Origin: a virus
Lineage: Duplodnaviria > Caudoviricetes
DNA: 53,592 nt
IMG/VR virus record: IMGVR_UViG_3300009788_000120
Span: 1 to 53,592 of that record
Reading direction: 5' to 3' (one strand)
Shown here: in pieces, positions 8,362 through 18,544 of the stretch
How positions within the stretch are numbered: the stretch's first letter is position 1
Layout of the letters: each line of letters begins with the position of its first letter
The notes under the pieces: model-generated
Databases searched by the model: none
What the model was told of the DNA's origin: nothing
The model's input: the letters and a program-made list of their open reading frames with translations, nothing else
Program-made: the position numbers and the translations under genes

Positions 8362-9906
8362 ATGGCCGAGATCGCCGACAGGCCGGAAGACTCGATCGAC
8401 TACGTGACTCCGGAGGTCAGGGAGCTGAGGCAGATCGCGGCTCTGCCCCGGGCGCTTTTCGGTAGCACCAGAAAGATGCGCGAGGGCCGGGAGACGTGGT
8501 TGCCCAGGGCGAGGACGGGAGCCGGATCGAATAGAGAAACTGACGCGGAATACGAGAAGCGCCTGGACAGCGCCTACCTCCTCGACGCCTTCGCCGAGAC
8601 GGTCAAGAAGAGCGTGGGTCGGGTCTTTCACCGGCCGCCGTCGTTGACCGGCTCGCCGCCCTGGATGGACCGGGTCAAGAAGAATTTCGACGGCGGCGGG
8701 TCTTCTTACCCGCTTTGGAGCCGCGACACCCTGGCCGACGCGATGGTCGGCGGAGTCAACTTCGCATTCGGCGACAAGAAGCCCAAGCCGGAGGGCGAGA
8801 CGACGGCCGAGGCTCTCAAGCGGAAGCCCTACGCCGTCAGGTATCCGATCGAGAAGGTCTACGGCTGGCAGATGACGACGGCCGAGGACGGAAGCTCGCA
8901 GATCGGTCAGATCCGTTTCCAGGAAAGCTACCCCGTGACCAAGGGCCTGTACGGGGTCAAGCGCGCCGACCAGGTGCGACTGATCGAGCCGGACCATTGG
9001 GAGACCTGGCGCGAGGGCGTAGACGGTAAATGGTTCAAGGAGAACGAGGGGCCGATGGACCTGGGCCGGGTGCCGGTCATCCCGTTCTTCGGTATGAGAA
9101 CGGGGCCGATGAGCGGCATTACGCCGCTCGAGGGCCAGTGCCAGATGAACCTCTGCCACTACCAGAGTTCGAGCGCGCAGAGGCACATCCTCAACGTCGT
9201 CCGAGTGCCCACTCTGACGCTTCTAGGCGTATCGAAAGATGACGCGAAGAGCATCTCACTCGGCATCGCTCGAGCGATTCGCGCCGGCAAAGATTCGGTC
9301 ATCAAGTGGCTAGAGCTCGACAGCGGAGTCTCGATCGAGGCCGGCTGGAAAGATCTCGACCGCCTGGAGAGGGCCATGTCCGAGCTCGGCATGGACATTC
9401 GCGCACCGCGCCAGACCGGCGACGTCACCGCCGCCGCCAACTGGATCGGATACGAGTCAGCGACCTCTACCCTCGACGCCATCGCGATGGGCTTCACCGA
9501 GTCGTTCCAGGCTCTGCTCGACTTGTTTGCGGAGTGGGAGGACGCCTCGACGGCCGGCACCTACGCTCTCACCACCCGAGATCTGTTGACCTCGAAGAGG
9601 CCCGAAGACCTGAAGCATCTCCGGGACATGCGTCAGACCGGCGATCTGAGCCAGGAGGGCGAGTGGGAGGAGCTCCAGCGCCGACAGGTTCTCGGAGAAA
9701 AATTTGACGCCGAGAGGGAGAAGGAACGGTTGGCGGCTGAGGTCGGAGGCCAGGTCTTTCAGGGAACGTGGCGCGCTCCGGTGACCGGCGAGGGTGGAGA
9801 GCCGGCGCCGGGAGCGGCCGGTGGCGAGGGCGGCGAGCCGACGCCGGGCGAGCCCGGCCCAGACCAGGGCGGCGGCGCGGGGGACTCGGGCGTCGAAGAG
9901 GGATAG
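8362..9906 (+). CDS. portal protein (DUF4055-like)
   Basis: Follows TerL; GAGGAG RBS; ETDAEYEKRL, VPVIPF, NLCHYQSSS motifs. Confidence 0.85.
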   Translation: MAEIADRPEDSIDYVTPEVRELRQIAALPRALFGSTRKMREGRETWLPRARTGAGSNRETDAEYEKRLDSAYLLDAFAETVKKSVGRVFHRPPSLTGSPPWMDRVKKNFDGGGSSYPLWSRDTLADAMVGGVNFAFGDKKPKPEGETTAEALKRKPYAVRYPIEKVYGWQMTTAEDGSSQIGQIRFQESYPVTKGLYGVKRADQVRLIEPDHWETWREGVDGKWFKENEGPMDLGRVPVIPFFGMRTGPMSGITPLEGQCQMNLCHYQSSSAQRHILNVVRVPTLTLLGVSKDDAKSISLGIARAIRAGKDSVIKWLELDSGVSIEAGWKDLDRLERAMSELGMDIRAPRQTGDVTAAANWIGYESATSTLDAIAMGFTESFQALLDLFAEWEDASTAGTYALTTRDLLTSKRPEDLKHLRDMRQTGDLSQEGEWEELQRRQVLGEKFDAEREKERLAAEVGGQVFQGTWRAPVTGEGGEPAPGAAGGEGGEPTPGEPGPDQGGGAGDSGVEEG

Positions 9907-9909
9907 GCG

Positions 9910-11658
9910 TTGCCCGCGGTCAACCTAGCCCTGCACGACGATTCGGTGAGGCGCTCGCTTGGCCTCATTCGATACGACTCCAGGGTAGCTCGAGAGATCC
10001 ACGCGGTGCTCGAGGCCTCCCGGCTCGAGCTCTTGGAGAAGATCGCAGCTCGAGCCGCGGTGCTGGATCCTGCCAGGGGTTTGACCTACACCTCGGCCAG
10101 GCTCAATGAGCTGCTGCTCTAGACCGAGGCGGCGATGGCCGAGGCGGGCCGGGTGCTCGGATCCAACATGACTCGCGAGATGCGCGGGCTGGCCGCCCGG
10201 GAGGAAGCCTGGCAGCTCAACTCCCTGACCAAGCGGACGGGCATCCCGGTGGGCAACGAGGCCTTCTCCGCGGTCAGCTCGGCGGCGAGCTGGGTGAGAA
10301 CCTCGCCCGAGCTCCTGGCGGCGCTCGTCGACAAGACGCCGGTCTTCGGCAAGCTGCTGACTTCCTGGACCGATGGCCTCGCCGGCGCTCAGCTGGATCG
10401 AATGTCGAGCGCGCTACGCATCGGCGTGCAGCAAGGAGAGTCGATCGCCGGCCTCGGTCGCCGGATCCGACGCATCGAGCCGTGGAGCCGTCGGAGCTCG
10501 GAGGCGGTGGCCCGCACCGTGGTCAACGGCTTCTCTCGCGAAGCGCGCATGTCGACGATGCGCCAGAACAAGCACCTGCTCAAGGGCATCCAGATCGTCG
10601 CCACTCTTGACGCGCGCACCACGCCGATCTGTCGAGATCTCGACGGCAAGGTCTTCCCCGTCGACAGCGGGCCGCGGCCGCCGTTTCACGTCGCTTGCCG
10701 GACGACGATCGCCCCGCTGGTCAAGAGCTGGAAAGCGATCGGCTCCCGGCGGCTCCCGGCCCTGACCGAGACCCGGCGCCGGGCAATGGACGGCTTCGTC
10801 CCCCGGGGCGAGACCCACAACGCCTGGCTCCTGCGGCAGCCGGTGCCGATCCAGGAGGAGATCCTGGGAGTGAGGCGGGCGGAGATCTTCCGGACGAAGA
10901 AGGGAATCGAGCTCTCGGACCTGATCGACCGGCAACGAAACCGCTACTGGACGCTCGAGGAGCTGGGTCCGAAACTTGCGAGAAAGGTCGGCAAGACGAG
11001 CGTTCAAGAGATCGCTCCGAGCAGCGTTCTGGGAAAACGGTTGGAGATTCCGGAGTTCAAGACGGCGAAACAGGGTCGCGACTGGATAGAGGGTCGATAC
11101 GCAGAAAAGGTCGAGCTTCTAGGCGCGAAGACCGCCCGTATTCAAGAGATCGCAGAGGGATTGTCGAGGGTGCTCGAGGGAACCGGCGTCAGGCTGAAGA
11201 AGATCAGATTCCATCCGCGGTCTGGCGACAACTACTTCGGCGCACATACGCCAGGCGACAAAACTATTCTTCTGAATCGGAGGTTTCTGAAAGACCCGAA
11301 CGCTGGCGTCAAGAGAATTCAGGCGGCGCTATCTCAGCACCCCGGCGGTGCCAAGGGGACTTTCGTCTCGAGCTCAAGCTCCCGTCCGGTCGTAGCGGGA
11401 ACCTCTCATGAGGCCGGTCACGCGCTCTGGTATGACGGTCTCAGCGAGCAGGCGCGGACTACCTTCGCCTTCGAGACCGAGAGATTTTACGGATTCACGA
11501 AGAGAATAGACCTCGGTTTTTCCAGCTACGCCTCAACCAGCGCCGAGGAGCTCTGGGCCGAGCTCATTGCGATGTCTGCGGAGGGTCGGATAAGCGAGAT
11601 ACCCGCGGATCTTCTCACGTCCCTACTGCGCGCCCTTGGCGATTCCGGCTTGGTCTGA
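9910..11658 (+). CDS. MuF/SPP1 gp7-like minor head protein with C-terminal HExxH metallopeptidase-like domain; interrupted by in-frame TAG at 10120-10122
   Basis: ORFs 9910-10122 and 10135-11658 share a frame. MuF motif VATLDARTTPICRDLDG...PPFHVACRT; C-terminal SHEAGH and SSYASTSAEELWAE. Confidence 0.8.
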
Positions 11659-11932
11659 GCGCTTCCCTAGCGGCCCCCAGAAGCCCGAAGGCCTCTCCCC
11701 TACCGACCTCGGTGAGCTTGTAGTAGCAGCGCCGGCGCCGGCCCGCGGCCGCCTCGTCGATCTCCTCTCGCCGTCCAGAGATCCAGCCTATGGCCTCGAG
11801 CCGATGCAGGATCGGGTAGAGACTTCCGGACTTGAGGCCGGCCTCAGATGCGATCTCGAGGCCGTAGGCTTCGGGCTGTCGAAGCAGCGCGGCGAGGACC
11901 CTCAAGGTCTGAAAACTGAGCGTGGCACCCAT
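11615..11932 (-). CDS. PadR-family winged-helix transcriptional regulator
   Basis: YGLEIA...GSLYPILHRLE..GWI...RRRCYYKLTEVG is the PadR signature; TGGTATAGT lies 7 nt upstream of the ATG. Confidence 0.9.
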   Translation of the reverse strand: MGATLSFQTLRVLAALLRQPEAYGLEIASEAGLKSGSLYPILHRLEAIGWISGRREEIDEAAAGRRRRCYYKLTEVGRGEAFGLLGAAREALRPSRNRQGRAVGT

Positions 11933-12018
11933 TATCGGAACTATACCATGGACTATGCAGAGGAAAGGGGGCCGTGGTATTCCTGGATCATGATGAATCG
12001 CAAACGGAGGAGCCGGCG

Positions 12019-12897
12019 ATGCCGCAGCTGAAACCCCAGGTCGATGACCTGAGCACCGTTGACGAGAGTGCCCGTGGATTTTACAAGGAATTCGACGCCG
12101 TCGATGACCAAGGCAAGGCCACGGGGAAGACAGTTTTCCGACCGGATTTCGGAGACGATGACCCGGTGGCCGTCTACGGCGGCGAGCTCAAGCGAGCTCA
12201 CGCGCGGACGAAGAAAGAGCACGACCTCACCAAGGCAGAGCTCGCCAAGGAGCGGGCCAAGACCGACAGCTGGGACAAGATCCAGACTGAGCTCGGGGCC
12301 GATCCGGGTGCCGTGCGTCGACTCTATGATCGCCAGTCGGAGTTCGAGAGCGCGACGGCGACCCACCAGGCCGCGGTGCAGGAGATGAAGACTCAGCACG
12401 AGAGCGCGCTCAGGGGTGCGGATGCAAAGACCTCGGCCGAGCACGCGCGGTTTCTCGAGAACGTCAACCAGAACCGGGCGCTCGCCGCTCTCGGCGCCGG
12501 CAATCGACACACCGGCCTGCCCGGCATCCTCGCCAGGATGAAGACGCAGGACAACCCGGCGGGCGGCGATCCGATCACGGTGATCGAGAAGCTGGACGGC
12601 GACGATGAGATCTTCATGAGCCAAGAGGATCGAGACGCCGGCAAGACCCTCGACGAGTTCAAGACCGCGAGCGACCTGGTCGCGGCGATGAAGAAAAGTC
12701 AGGCTTTCGGCGGTTGCTGGGAGTCGAACGCGAAGGCAGGATCCGGAGCCGACGTCGATGACGTCGATCTCCAAAGCGCCGATGGCGCGGTAGTTCTCTC
12801 GCGGGAACAAGCGTTGATCCCTGCCGTCTACCGCCGCGCTCAAAAGCAGGCGGAAAAAGACGGTAAGGACTTTCGCGTCGCTCCCGTGGGTACGTAA
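12019..12897 (+). CDS. head scaffolding protein
   Basis: Between MuF and coat; charged/coiled-coil; GGAGGAG RBS; GSGA near the C-terminus. Confidence 0.65.
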   Translation: MPQLKPQVDDLSTVDESARGFYKEFDAVDDQGKATGKTVFRPDFGDDDPVAVYGGELKRAHARTKKEHDLTKAELAKERAKTDSWDKIQTELGADPGAVRRLYDRQSEFESATATHQAAVQEMKTQHESALRGADAKTSAEHARFLENVNQNRALAALGAGNRHTGLPGILARMKTQDNPAGGDPITVIEKLDGDDEIFMSQEDRDAGKTLDEFKTASDLVAAMKKSQAFGGCWESNAKAGSGADVDDVDLQSADGAVVLSREQALIPAVYRRAQKQAEKDGKDFRVAPVGT

Positions 12898-12952
12898 ACC
12901 CGACGGCGCCAGAGCGGACTGAGCCGAGGCGGCGTCCCAAACGGGAGCCATC

Positions 12953-14125
12953 ATGGCCAACTTTCTCGATCCCTACGATCCCATCTTCTACGCGCAGGAA
13001 GCCCTGCGCCACATGGAGAACAACCTCGGCTTCGCCGGGCGCCTCCACCGCGGCTTCGACAAGGCTCCGCAGCAACGCGGGTCAAAAATCCAAGTCTCTC
13101 GGCCGTCCGTCTTCACGACCCAGGCGGGCACCGACGCCACGCCGCAAGACCTGGCGACGTCGTCCATCTGGATCACGTTGAGCAACCACCGGAAGGTGGA
13201 ATTCCTGGTCTCGGACGTCGACGTCTCTCACGGCGGCCAGTCGATCATCGACGACCACATCCGTCCCGCCGGCTACGCGCTCGCCAATTACGTCGACGCT
13301 CAGCTTGCCGGGCTCTATACGTCGGTCCCCTGGGTGCTCGACGCAACCGGTGTCGCCGCGAATATGACCGCGGCCCGCAAGGTGCTCCGCGACAACGGGG
13401 TACCGCTGGGCGAGAAGGACCGGATGCACTTCATCATCGGCTCGAGCTACGAGGAGAAGCTGCTCAACGTCACGGCCTTCGCCCAGCACCAGGGCGCCGG
13501 TCTCGAGGGTCAAGAGCTCCAGCGCGAGGGTGATCTGGCGCGGAAGTACGGGTTCAACATCTTCCCCGATCAGAACGTGGCCACGCACGCCACCGTGGCG
13601 ATCACCGCGGCGAGCCCGACGTTGAAGGCCAACATCGCGCCCAGCGTCGCGCCCGAGGACGACGTCAACGCCGTCGAGACCTTCATCATCGAAGACACGA
13701 CGATGACCGGGACGCTCAAGAAGGGCGATACCTTCGTCATCGCGGGCAACGCCCAGCGCTACGTCATCCAGGCCGACGTTGTTTGTGCAAGCAACGAGGC
13801 CACGGTGACCGTTCTGCCGCGTCTGGCGACCTCCTATTCGCTCGGCGACGCCGTGACCTTCGATCAGACGGACAACGCGAAGACCCAGAACATCGCCTTC
13901 CATCGGAACTTCGCCTGCCTGGCGATGGCTCCGCTGTCCGACATCGGAGCGAGCCTCTTCGGCGGCCGCATGGTGACGATCGTCGATCCGAACTCCGGTC
14001 TGGCGATCCGCTCGAGCATCTGGTACGACCCGCTCGTGGGCGGCAACACCAAGGTGCGGCTCGACATCCTCTTCGGCTTCCGCGTCCTCGACGGCAACCT
14101 GGCCGTCCGCTCGCGGCTGGCCTAG
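12953..14125 (+). CDS. major capsid protein (P22 gp5 coat-like, with insertion domain)
   Basis: AQEAL..MENNL, GSKIQVSRP, PAGYALANYVD, TLKKGDTFVIAG insertion, NIAFHRN, RLDILFG. Confidence 0.88.
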   Translation: MANFLDPYDPIFYAQEALRHMENNLGFAGRLHRGFDKAPQQRGSKIQVSRPSVFTTQAGTDATPQDLATSSIWITLSNHRKVEFLVSDVDVSHGGQSIIDDHIRPAGYALANYVDAQLAGLYTSVPWVLDATGVAANMTAARKVLRDNGVPLGEKDRMHFIIGSSYEEKLLNVTAFAQHQGAGLEGQELQREGDLARKYGFNIFPDQNVATHATVAITAASPTLKANIAPSVAPEDDVNAVETFIIEDTTMTGTLKKGDTFVIAGNAQRYVIQADVVCASNEATVTVLPRLATSYSLGDAVTFDQTDNAKTQNIAFHRNFACLAMAPLSDIGASLFGGRMVTIVDPNSGLAIRSSIWYDPLVGGNTKVRLDILFGFRVLDGNLAVRSRLA

Positions 14126-14201
14126 CGTCTAACGGCTGCGGCCAAAAACAGGGCTCGGGCCCTCCGCGAGGAGGGCCGGCCCGATGCCCAAAGGAGTCAC
14201 G

Positions 14202-14492
14202 ATGAGAAGCATTCCGACAATTCGCGTTCAGCTCAAAGGCGCCGCGTTCAAGGCTAAGGGGACGGTCAACATCAACGAGGAGGACTTCAACCCCAAGCTG
14301 CACAAGCGGCTCGATGACCCGAAGCCCACGGCGGCCGTCGTGGAGAAGGAGAAGGTCGAGATGATCGAAATCGTCGACCCGACCAATCCCGACAAACCGC
14401 TCAAGATCGCCGCCTCGAGCTTCACGCCGAAGCACAAGCTCTGGAGCGAGAGCAAGGCACCGAAGGGCAAGAGCCAGACGCCCGCGAAGTAG
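14202..14492 (+). CDS. small basic hypothetical protein (head accessory)
   Basis: AAGGAG RBS; two similar segments (INEEDFNPKLHK / IAASSFTPKHKL). Confidence 0.7.
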   Translation: MRSIPTIRVQLKGAAFKAKGTVNINEEDFNPKLHKRLDDPKPTAAVVEKEKVEMIEIVDPTNPDKPLKIAASSFTPKHKLWSESKAPKGKSQTPAK

Positions 14493-14498
14493 GGGAAG

Positions 14499-15023
14499 AT
14501 GGCTCCGCCTCTGGACTACCTGATCGTCGAGACGGGTGCTGGCGTCGACCTCGCCAACACCTGGATCGACGTCGTCTACGCCGACGCCTACCACCTCGAG
14601 AGGAATCGGGCGGATTGGGCCTCGGCGACGGATTTGGTGAAGGTGGCGGCCATTCTCCTGGCGGGCCAGTGGATCGTCGGTCAATATCGCTTCCGAGGTA
14701 GTCAGACCGACCGGGACCGGCTCCCCTTCCCGGCGACGGCCGCCTACGACGACGGTGAGCCGCCGCGGCTGATCTCCGGCGTGCCGCTCGAGATCAAGCG
14801 AGCGCAGGCCGAGCTCGCCTACGACCACGGGGTGAGACTGAACGCGGTTGACGTGCCCCTGGATCGAGACCTCGCGGAGCTGAAAGCCGGTCCCGTGACC
14901 TTGAAGTGGGCCGAGGGCGGGCCTCGAGACGTGACGCGTCGGTTGGTCGAGGCCGAGCTGTCCGGCCTGATCGTCTCAGGAGGCCTCTCGCTCGACTTAC
15001 CGCTGGCCGCGGGGTTCTACTAG
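14499..15023 (+). CDS. head-tail adaptor (DnaT-like phage family)
   Basis: LIVETGAG...ANTWI..ADAYH...RLPFP...VPLEIKRAQAELA pattern; position after capsid. Confidence 0.8.
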   Translation: MAPPLDYLIVETGAGVDLANTWIDVVYADAYHLERNRADWASATDLVKVAAILLAGQWIVGQYRFRGSQTDRDRLPFPATAAYDDGEPPRLISGVPLEIKRAQAELAYDHGVRLNAVDVPLDRDLAELKAGPVTLKWAEGGPRDVTRRLVEAELSGLIVSGGLSLDLPLAAGFY

Positions 15024-15026
15024 ATC

Positions 15027-15449
15027 ATGGCTCTCGTAGGTCCACTGTCCAAGGTCTCGGCTCTCGTCGATAGGGCGACGCGGAAAGTCATGCAGCCGTT
15101 GACCATCTACCCGCCGGCGGCCGGCGGCAAGGTCTTCGACCCGGCCACCGGCCAGTACACCGGGACGGCGCCGGCGGCGATTACCGGCCGCGGCCTCATT
15201 ACCGCCTACAGCGATCAGCTCGTCTCCGGCGGTGCAGCTCGGGCCGAGGATCGCCAGGTCATCGTCATACGCAAGAGCCTGTCGGCGGATCTACTCTTCA
15301 AGCCCGGCGTCGAGGTGGTCCAGGTTGGCGACCAGGCGACCGAGAGGGTCAAGCCCGTGCGCTGGGAGAAGGATCCGGCCGAGGCCACGATCATCGGCCA
15401 CACGGCCAGGACAGCGACCCGGCAACGGTTCGTGGCGGCGGATGGCTGA
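15027..15449 (+). CDS. head closure (stopper) protein
   Basis: Neck position; FDPATG motif. Confidence 0.65.
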   Translation: MALVGPLSKVSALVDRATRKVMQPLTIYPPAAGGKVFDPATGQYTGTAPAAITGRGLITAYSDQLVSGGAARAEDRQVIVIRKSLSADLLFKPGVEVVQVGDQATERVKPVRWEKDPAEATIIGHTARTATRQRFVAADG

Positions 15450-15901
15450 TGTTCACCGTAGACCTCGACCTCGCGGCCTTCGATCGAGCTGCCGGGCAGG
15501 CCGCGGCCTTCGTCGAAGAGGAGATCGTGCCCGATCTCGTCGGCGCCCTCGGCCTCCACATCCTCGGCGGGGCCATTCGGCGATCGAGGGTTGACACCGG
15601 CTGGTATCGATTGGCCTGGATGCTCGAGATCAACGCCTTCAGCAACGAGATTCCGCCGGCGCCGCCCAAGGGCTCGAGGGCCGCGGCTCCGGATCCGCGC
15701 GCCCAGATCGGCAAAGCCAACCGGCTCGGCCGCGGTGACTTCATCACCATCTCCAACAACCTGGCCTACGCTCCGGTGCGCGAGTGGGGCTCCGAGACCC
15801 AGCCACCGGACCTGACGATGACCCGGGCGATCGAGGAGACCTTGGCCTGGTCCAACGGCCTTGGCGAGCTCGAGGGTGGCGCGGTGGGGTCAGCGGCATG
15901 A
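15449..15901 (+). CDS. HK97 gp10-like neck/tail completion protein
   Basis: SRVDTGWYRLAW...ITISNNLAYAPVREWGSETQPP. Confidence 0.8.
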   Translation: MFTVDLDLAAFDRAAGQAAAFVEEEIVPDLVGALGLHILGGAIRRSRVDTGWYRLAWMLEINAFSNEIPPAPPKGSRAAAPDPRAQIGKANRLGRGDFITISNNLAYAPVREWGSETQPPDLTMTRAIEETLAWSNGLGELEGGAVGSAA

Positions 15902-16590
15902 CGCACGCAGAGGCCATCGCCGCGGTTTGCGCTCGCTTTCAGACAGCGTGGAGCTCGAGGTGCAAGGTCATCTGGCCCAACGTCGGGGGCGAGGAGGCGG
16001 AGACGCCTCGGACCTCGACCGCGACAGGCTCCCTGACCGTGACCCTCTCAACTCGTCGCATGACTCTGGTCGGGGCTTTCGCCCAAATGAAACAGCTCGA
16101 CGTCTTCGCGCTCTCGGGCACCGTGCTCTACAACCGGCGCTTCACGATCAAGCAGAAGATCTCGGACGACGTGGTGGTGGTCGCCGATCACGACACGATC
16201 ACCGCGGACGAGACGGCGGCCGCCGCCACCTTGACCTCGATTCTATCCTACGTCCGGTTCGACGTCATCGCCGATCACGACTCTCAGGCCTGGATGAGCG
16301 ACGTCACCGGCTATCGAAACGATTGCTTCGTCTCGGCCTCGATCTTCACCCCGCAGGGCGAGGGCTTCAGGGAGATCTGGGGGCTCAAAGAGGTGGTCAA
16401 GTGGGCCTTCAGGGGAAATACGATCGCCGGCGAGCTCTTCTTCTCCTCGCGGGTTTCCTACAGCCCGCCGCTGCGATCGGGGGAGATGTACCAGGTCACG
16501 GTCTCCGTCCCGTTCTACTTCGAGGAGACGGGGAACACGGTGCCCGTCTTCGAGCCCGACGTCTTCGAGCCGGAGGTCTTCGAGGCATGA
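15898..16590 (+). CDS. tail terminator protein with inserted beta-domain
   Basis: IWPNV, YVRFDV, SIFTPQGEG, YQVTVSVPF terminator-like motifs; ~75-aa insertion; C-terminal VFEPDVFEPEVFEA repeat. Confidence 0.7.
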   Translation: MTHAEAIAAVCARFQTAWSSRCKVIWPNVGGEEAETPRTSTATGSLTVTLSTRRMTLVGAFAQMKQLDVFALSGTVLYNRRFTIKQKISDDVVVVADHDTITADETAAAATLTSILSYVRFDVIADHDSQAWMSDVTGYRNDCFVSASIFTPQGEGFREIWGLKEVVKWAFRGNTIAGELFFSSRVSYSPPLRSGEMYQVTVSVPFYFEETGNTVPVFEPDVFEPEVFEA

Positions 16591-18533
16591 TGACTACGAC
16601 GCGCTGGATCCGGATCGTCACGCTGGCCATCGCGCTCTCATCGGCGCCGGCGGCCGCGCAGGTCTGTACCGACACGATCAACCTTCGGTGCCCGGTCGGC
16701 GACCCGTCCTGCGACACCTGCCCGGCCGGCTCGCCCTGCGTGATCACGACGGACGCCCTGAGCAACGTGAAGTGGAATCAGGCGGCGACCGACATCGCCC
16801 TGATGTGTCTCGAGGTCGACAAAGAGCCCAGGGCCCGCACTCACGCCACCGACTGCACCGGATTGACCGACGGCGAGGCTGGTGAGCTTTGCTTTGATCT
16901 GGACGACGATCGCGGCTGGCGATGCGAGCCGACGGCTGGCCTTTGCGACACGGTAGGCGAGTGGATAGCGGTCGCCGGCACAGACACGAACCTGACCCAG
17001 GAGGAGGTCGAGGACTTCGCCGGCGCGCTGGTCGCCGACGGCACCGGAACTCACACCGGTGTCGCGGTCACTTATCAGGATGCGACGGGCGACGTCGACC
17101 TGGTGGTGGATCACGACGCGGCGACCAACTTCCTGGCGGCCGAGCATGTCGATTGGGCCGGGGCCTCGGCCGGCACTGTCCACGCGACGAACTACGTGGA
17201 CGATGACGTGCCTGACGCAGGCGAGGTCGATGACACGGCCTTGGCCGCGGGCGCGGTCGACGGCGGTGCCGGCGGCGAGATTGCGGACGGCACGGTAGAC
17301 GGCAACGACATCGCGACGGACGGCGTGAGCGCCGATGAGCTGAACGCCACGGGAGTTGAGGCCGAGCTCGAGGCGGTTCTTGATCTCCCTGATCTCCAGG
17401 GCACACTGGGCTCCGCGCAGCTGACCGCGGCCCTGCTCTCGAAGACGATCGACGCCGGCGACGCCGGCAGCGGCACCACCCGGCCGGCCAACGGCAACAC
17501 CATCCAAGTGCTCACCCACGACACCGACTGCACCTCTTTGACGATCGGCAAGCGCGGAGAGCTTTGCTGCGACGAGGACGACGATTCGTGTTTCCGATGC
17601 GAGCCGACGGCCGGCGACTGCGACACGGCCGGCGAGTGGATCGCGGTGGGTGGCGGTGGCACCAGCATCTCAGAGGGCGACTCCAACGTCACCGTGACCG
17701 ATGCCGGAAACGGGCAGGTGGACTTCAACCTCGACGGCGTCCTGGCTGCCCGATTCTCGACCGACGGCACCGACAATATCTTCACGCTTACCGCCGCGAG
17801 CGCGCCCGTAGGAAATGAGTTTGTCATCGACGGCGAGGGCTCGTTCTCATGGGAGATTGGCACCGGCAAGGGCTTCAACCAGATTCTTTCGAGCCACGAT
17901 TTGTACTTCTATGCCGGGGCGAACTGGTTTAGATGGGGTGTCAGTACTAAAATTCTGTCTTTTCCTGATCCTGGCACCGCAGCGGCGCCAATAATCGGTA
18001 TAGGTGAATTGACCACGGGGTTCTTCCGCCCGTCAGTCGGCGTGCTCGGGATCACGGGCGGTGGCATCGCGGTCGCTCACTTCAACACTATCGCCTCGGG
18101 CGTCAACCGCCACGACTTCTATGCTTCGGCCACCGGCTTGCCGATCCGCTGGGTCTTTACTGGAACCGACACCGATGGCACGATTGACGTAGAGCCCAAA
18201 GGCGCGGGGTCGTTCAACGTAGTCGGAAAGCTGTCTGGAGACAATCAAGCAATCACGCTCGGCGCGGCGGCGACTACCTTCGCCGCAACTACCAGCTTCG
18301 TCACTCTCACCGGCGACGGTGGAGCGAACACGCTCGCGGACATCACCGGAGGCGTCGTCGGGATGCCCCTGCGGCTGCTCTTCGTCGATGCCCTCATCAC
18401 CATCACCGACACCGACGCGCATGACGCCAACACGATCGACCTCTCTGCGGCGTTCACCTCGGCCGACGACACCACCCTGACGCTGCTGTTTGATGGCACG
18501 TCGTGGTACGAGATGTCCCGAAGCGTCAACTAG
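16587..18533 (+). CDS. signal-peptide-bearing Cys-rich fibre/decoration-like protein
   Basis: MMTTTRWIRIVTLAIALSSAPAAA|QV; two ~47-aa Cys repeats; Gly/Thr/Asp-rich fibre-like segments. Confidence 0.75.
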   Translation: MMTTTRWIRIVTLAIALSSAPAAAQVCTDTINLRCPVGDPSCDTCPAGSPCVITTDALSNVKWNQAATDIALMCLEVDKEPRARTHATDCTGLTDGEAGELCFDLDDDRGWRCEPTAGLCDTVGEWIAVAGTDTNLTQEEVEDFAGALVADGTGTHTGVAVTYQDATGDVDLVVDHDAATNFLAAEHVDWAGASAGTVHATNYVDDDVPDAGEVDDTALAAGAVDGGAGGEIADGTVDGNDIATDGVSADELNATGVEAELEAVLDLPDLQGTLGSAQLTAALLSKTIDAGDAGSGTTRPANGNTIQVLTHDTDCTSLTIGKRGELCCDEDDDSCFRCEPTAGDCDTAGEWIAVGGGGTSISEGDSNVTVTDAGNGQVDFNLDGVLAARFSTDGTDNIFTLTAASAPVGNEFVIDGEGSFSWEIGTGKGFNQILSSHDLYFYAGANWFRWGVSTKILSFPDPGTAAAPIIGIGELTTGFFRPSVGVLGITGGGIAVAHFNTIASGVNRHDFYASATGLPIRWVFTGTDTDGTIDVEPKGAGSFNVVGKLSGDNQAITLGAAATTFAATTSFVTLTGDGGANTLADITGGVVGMPLRLLFVDALITITDTDAHDANTIDLSAAFTSADDTTLTLLFDGTSWYEMSRSVN

Positions 18534-18544
18534 AGGAGCCCCCG

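Noticed and set aside
14156-14184. Hairpin after the capsid gene as a terminator
   Set aside because: No U-tract; more likely an mRNA-stabilising structure.
15861-16586. N-terminal extension of the 890-aa ORF
   Set aside because: Arg-rich shadow of the tail terminator gene; the real start is the ATGA-coupled ATG at 16587.
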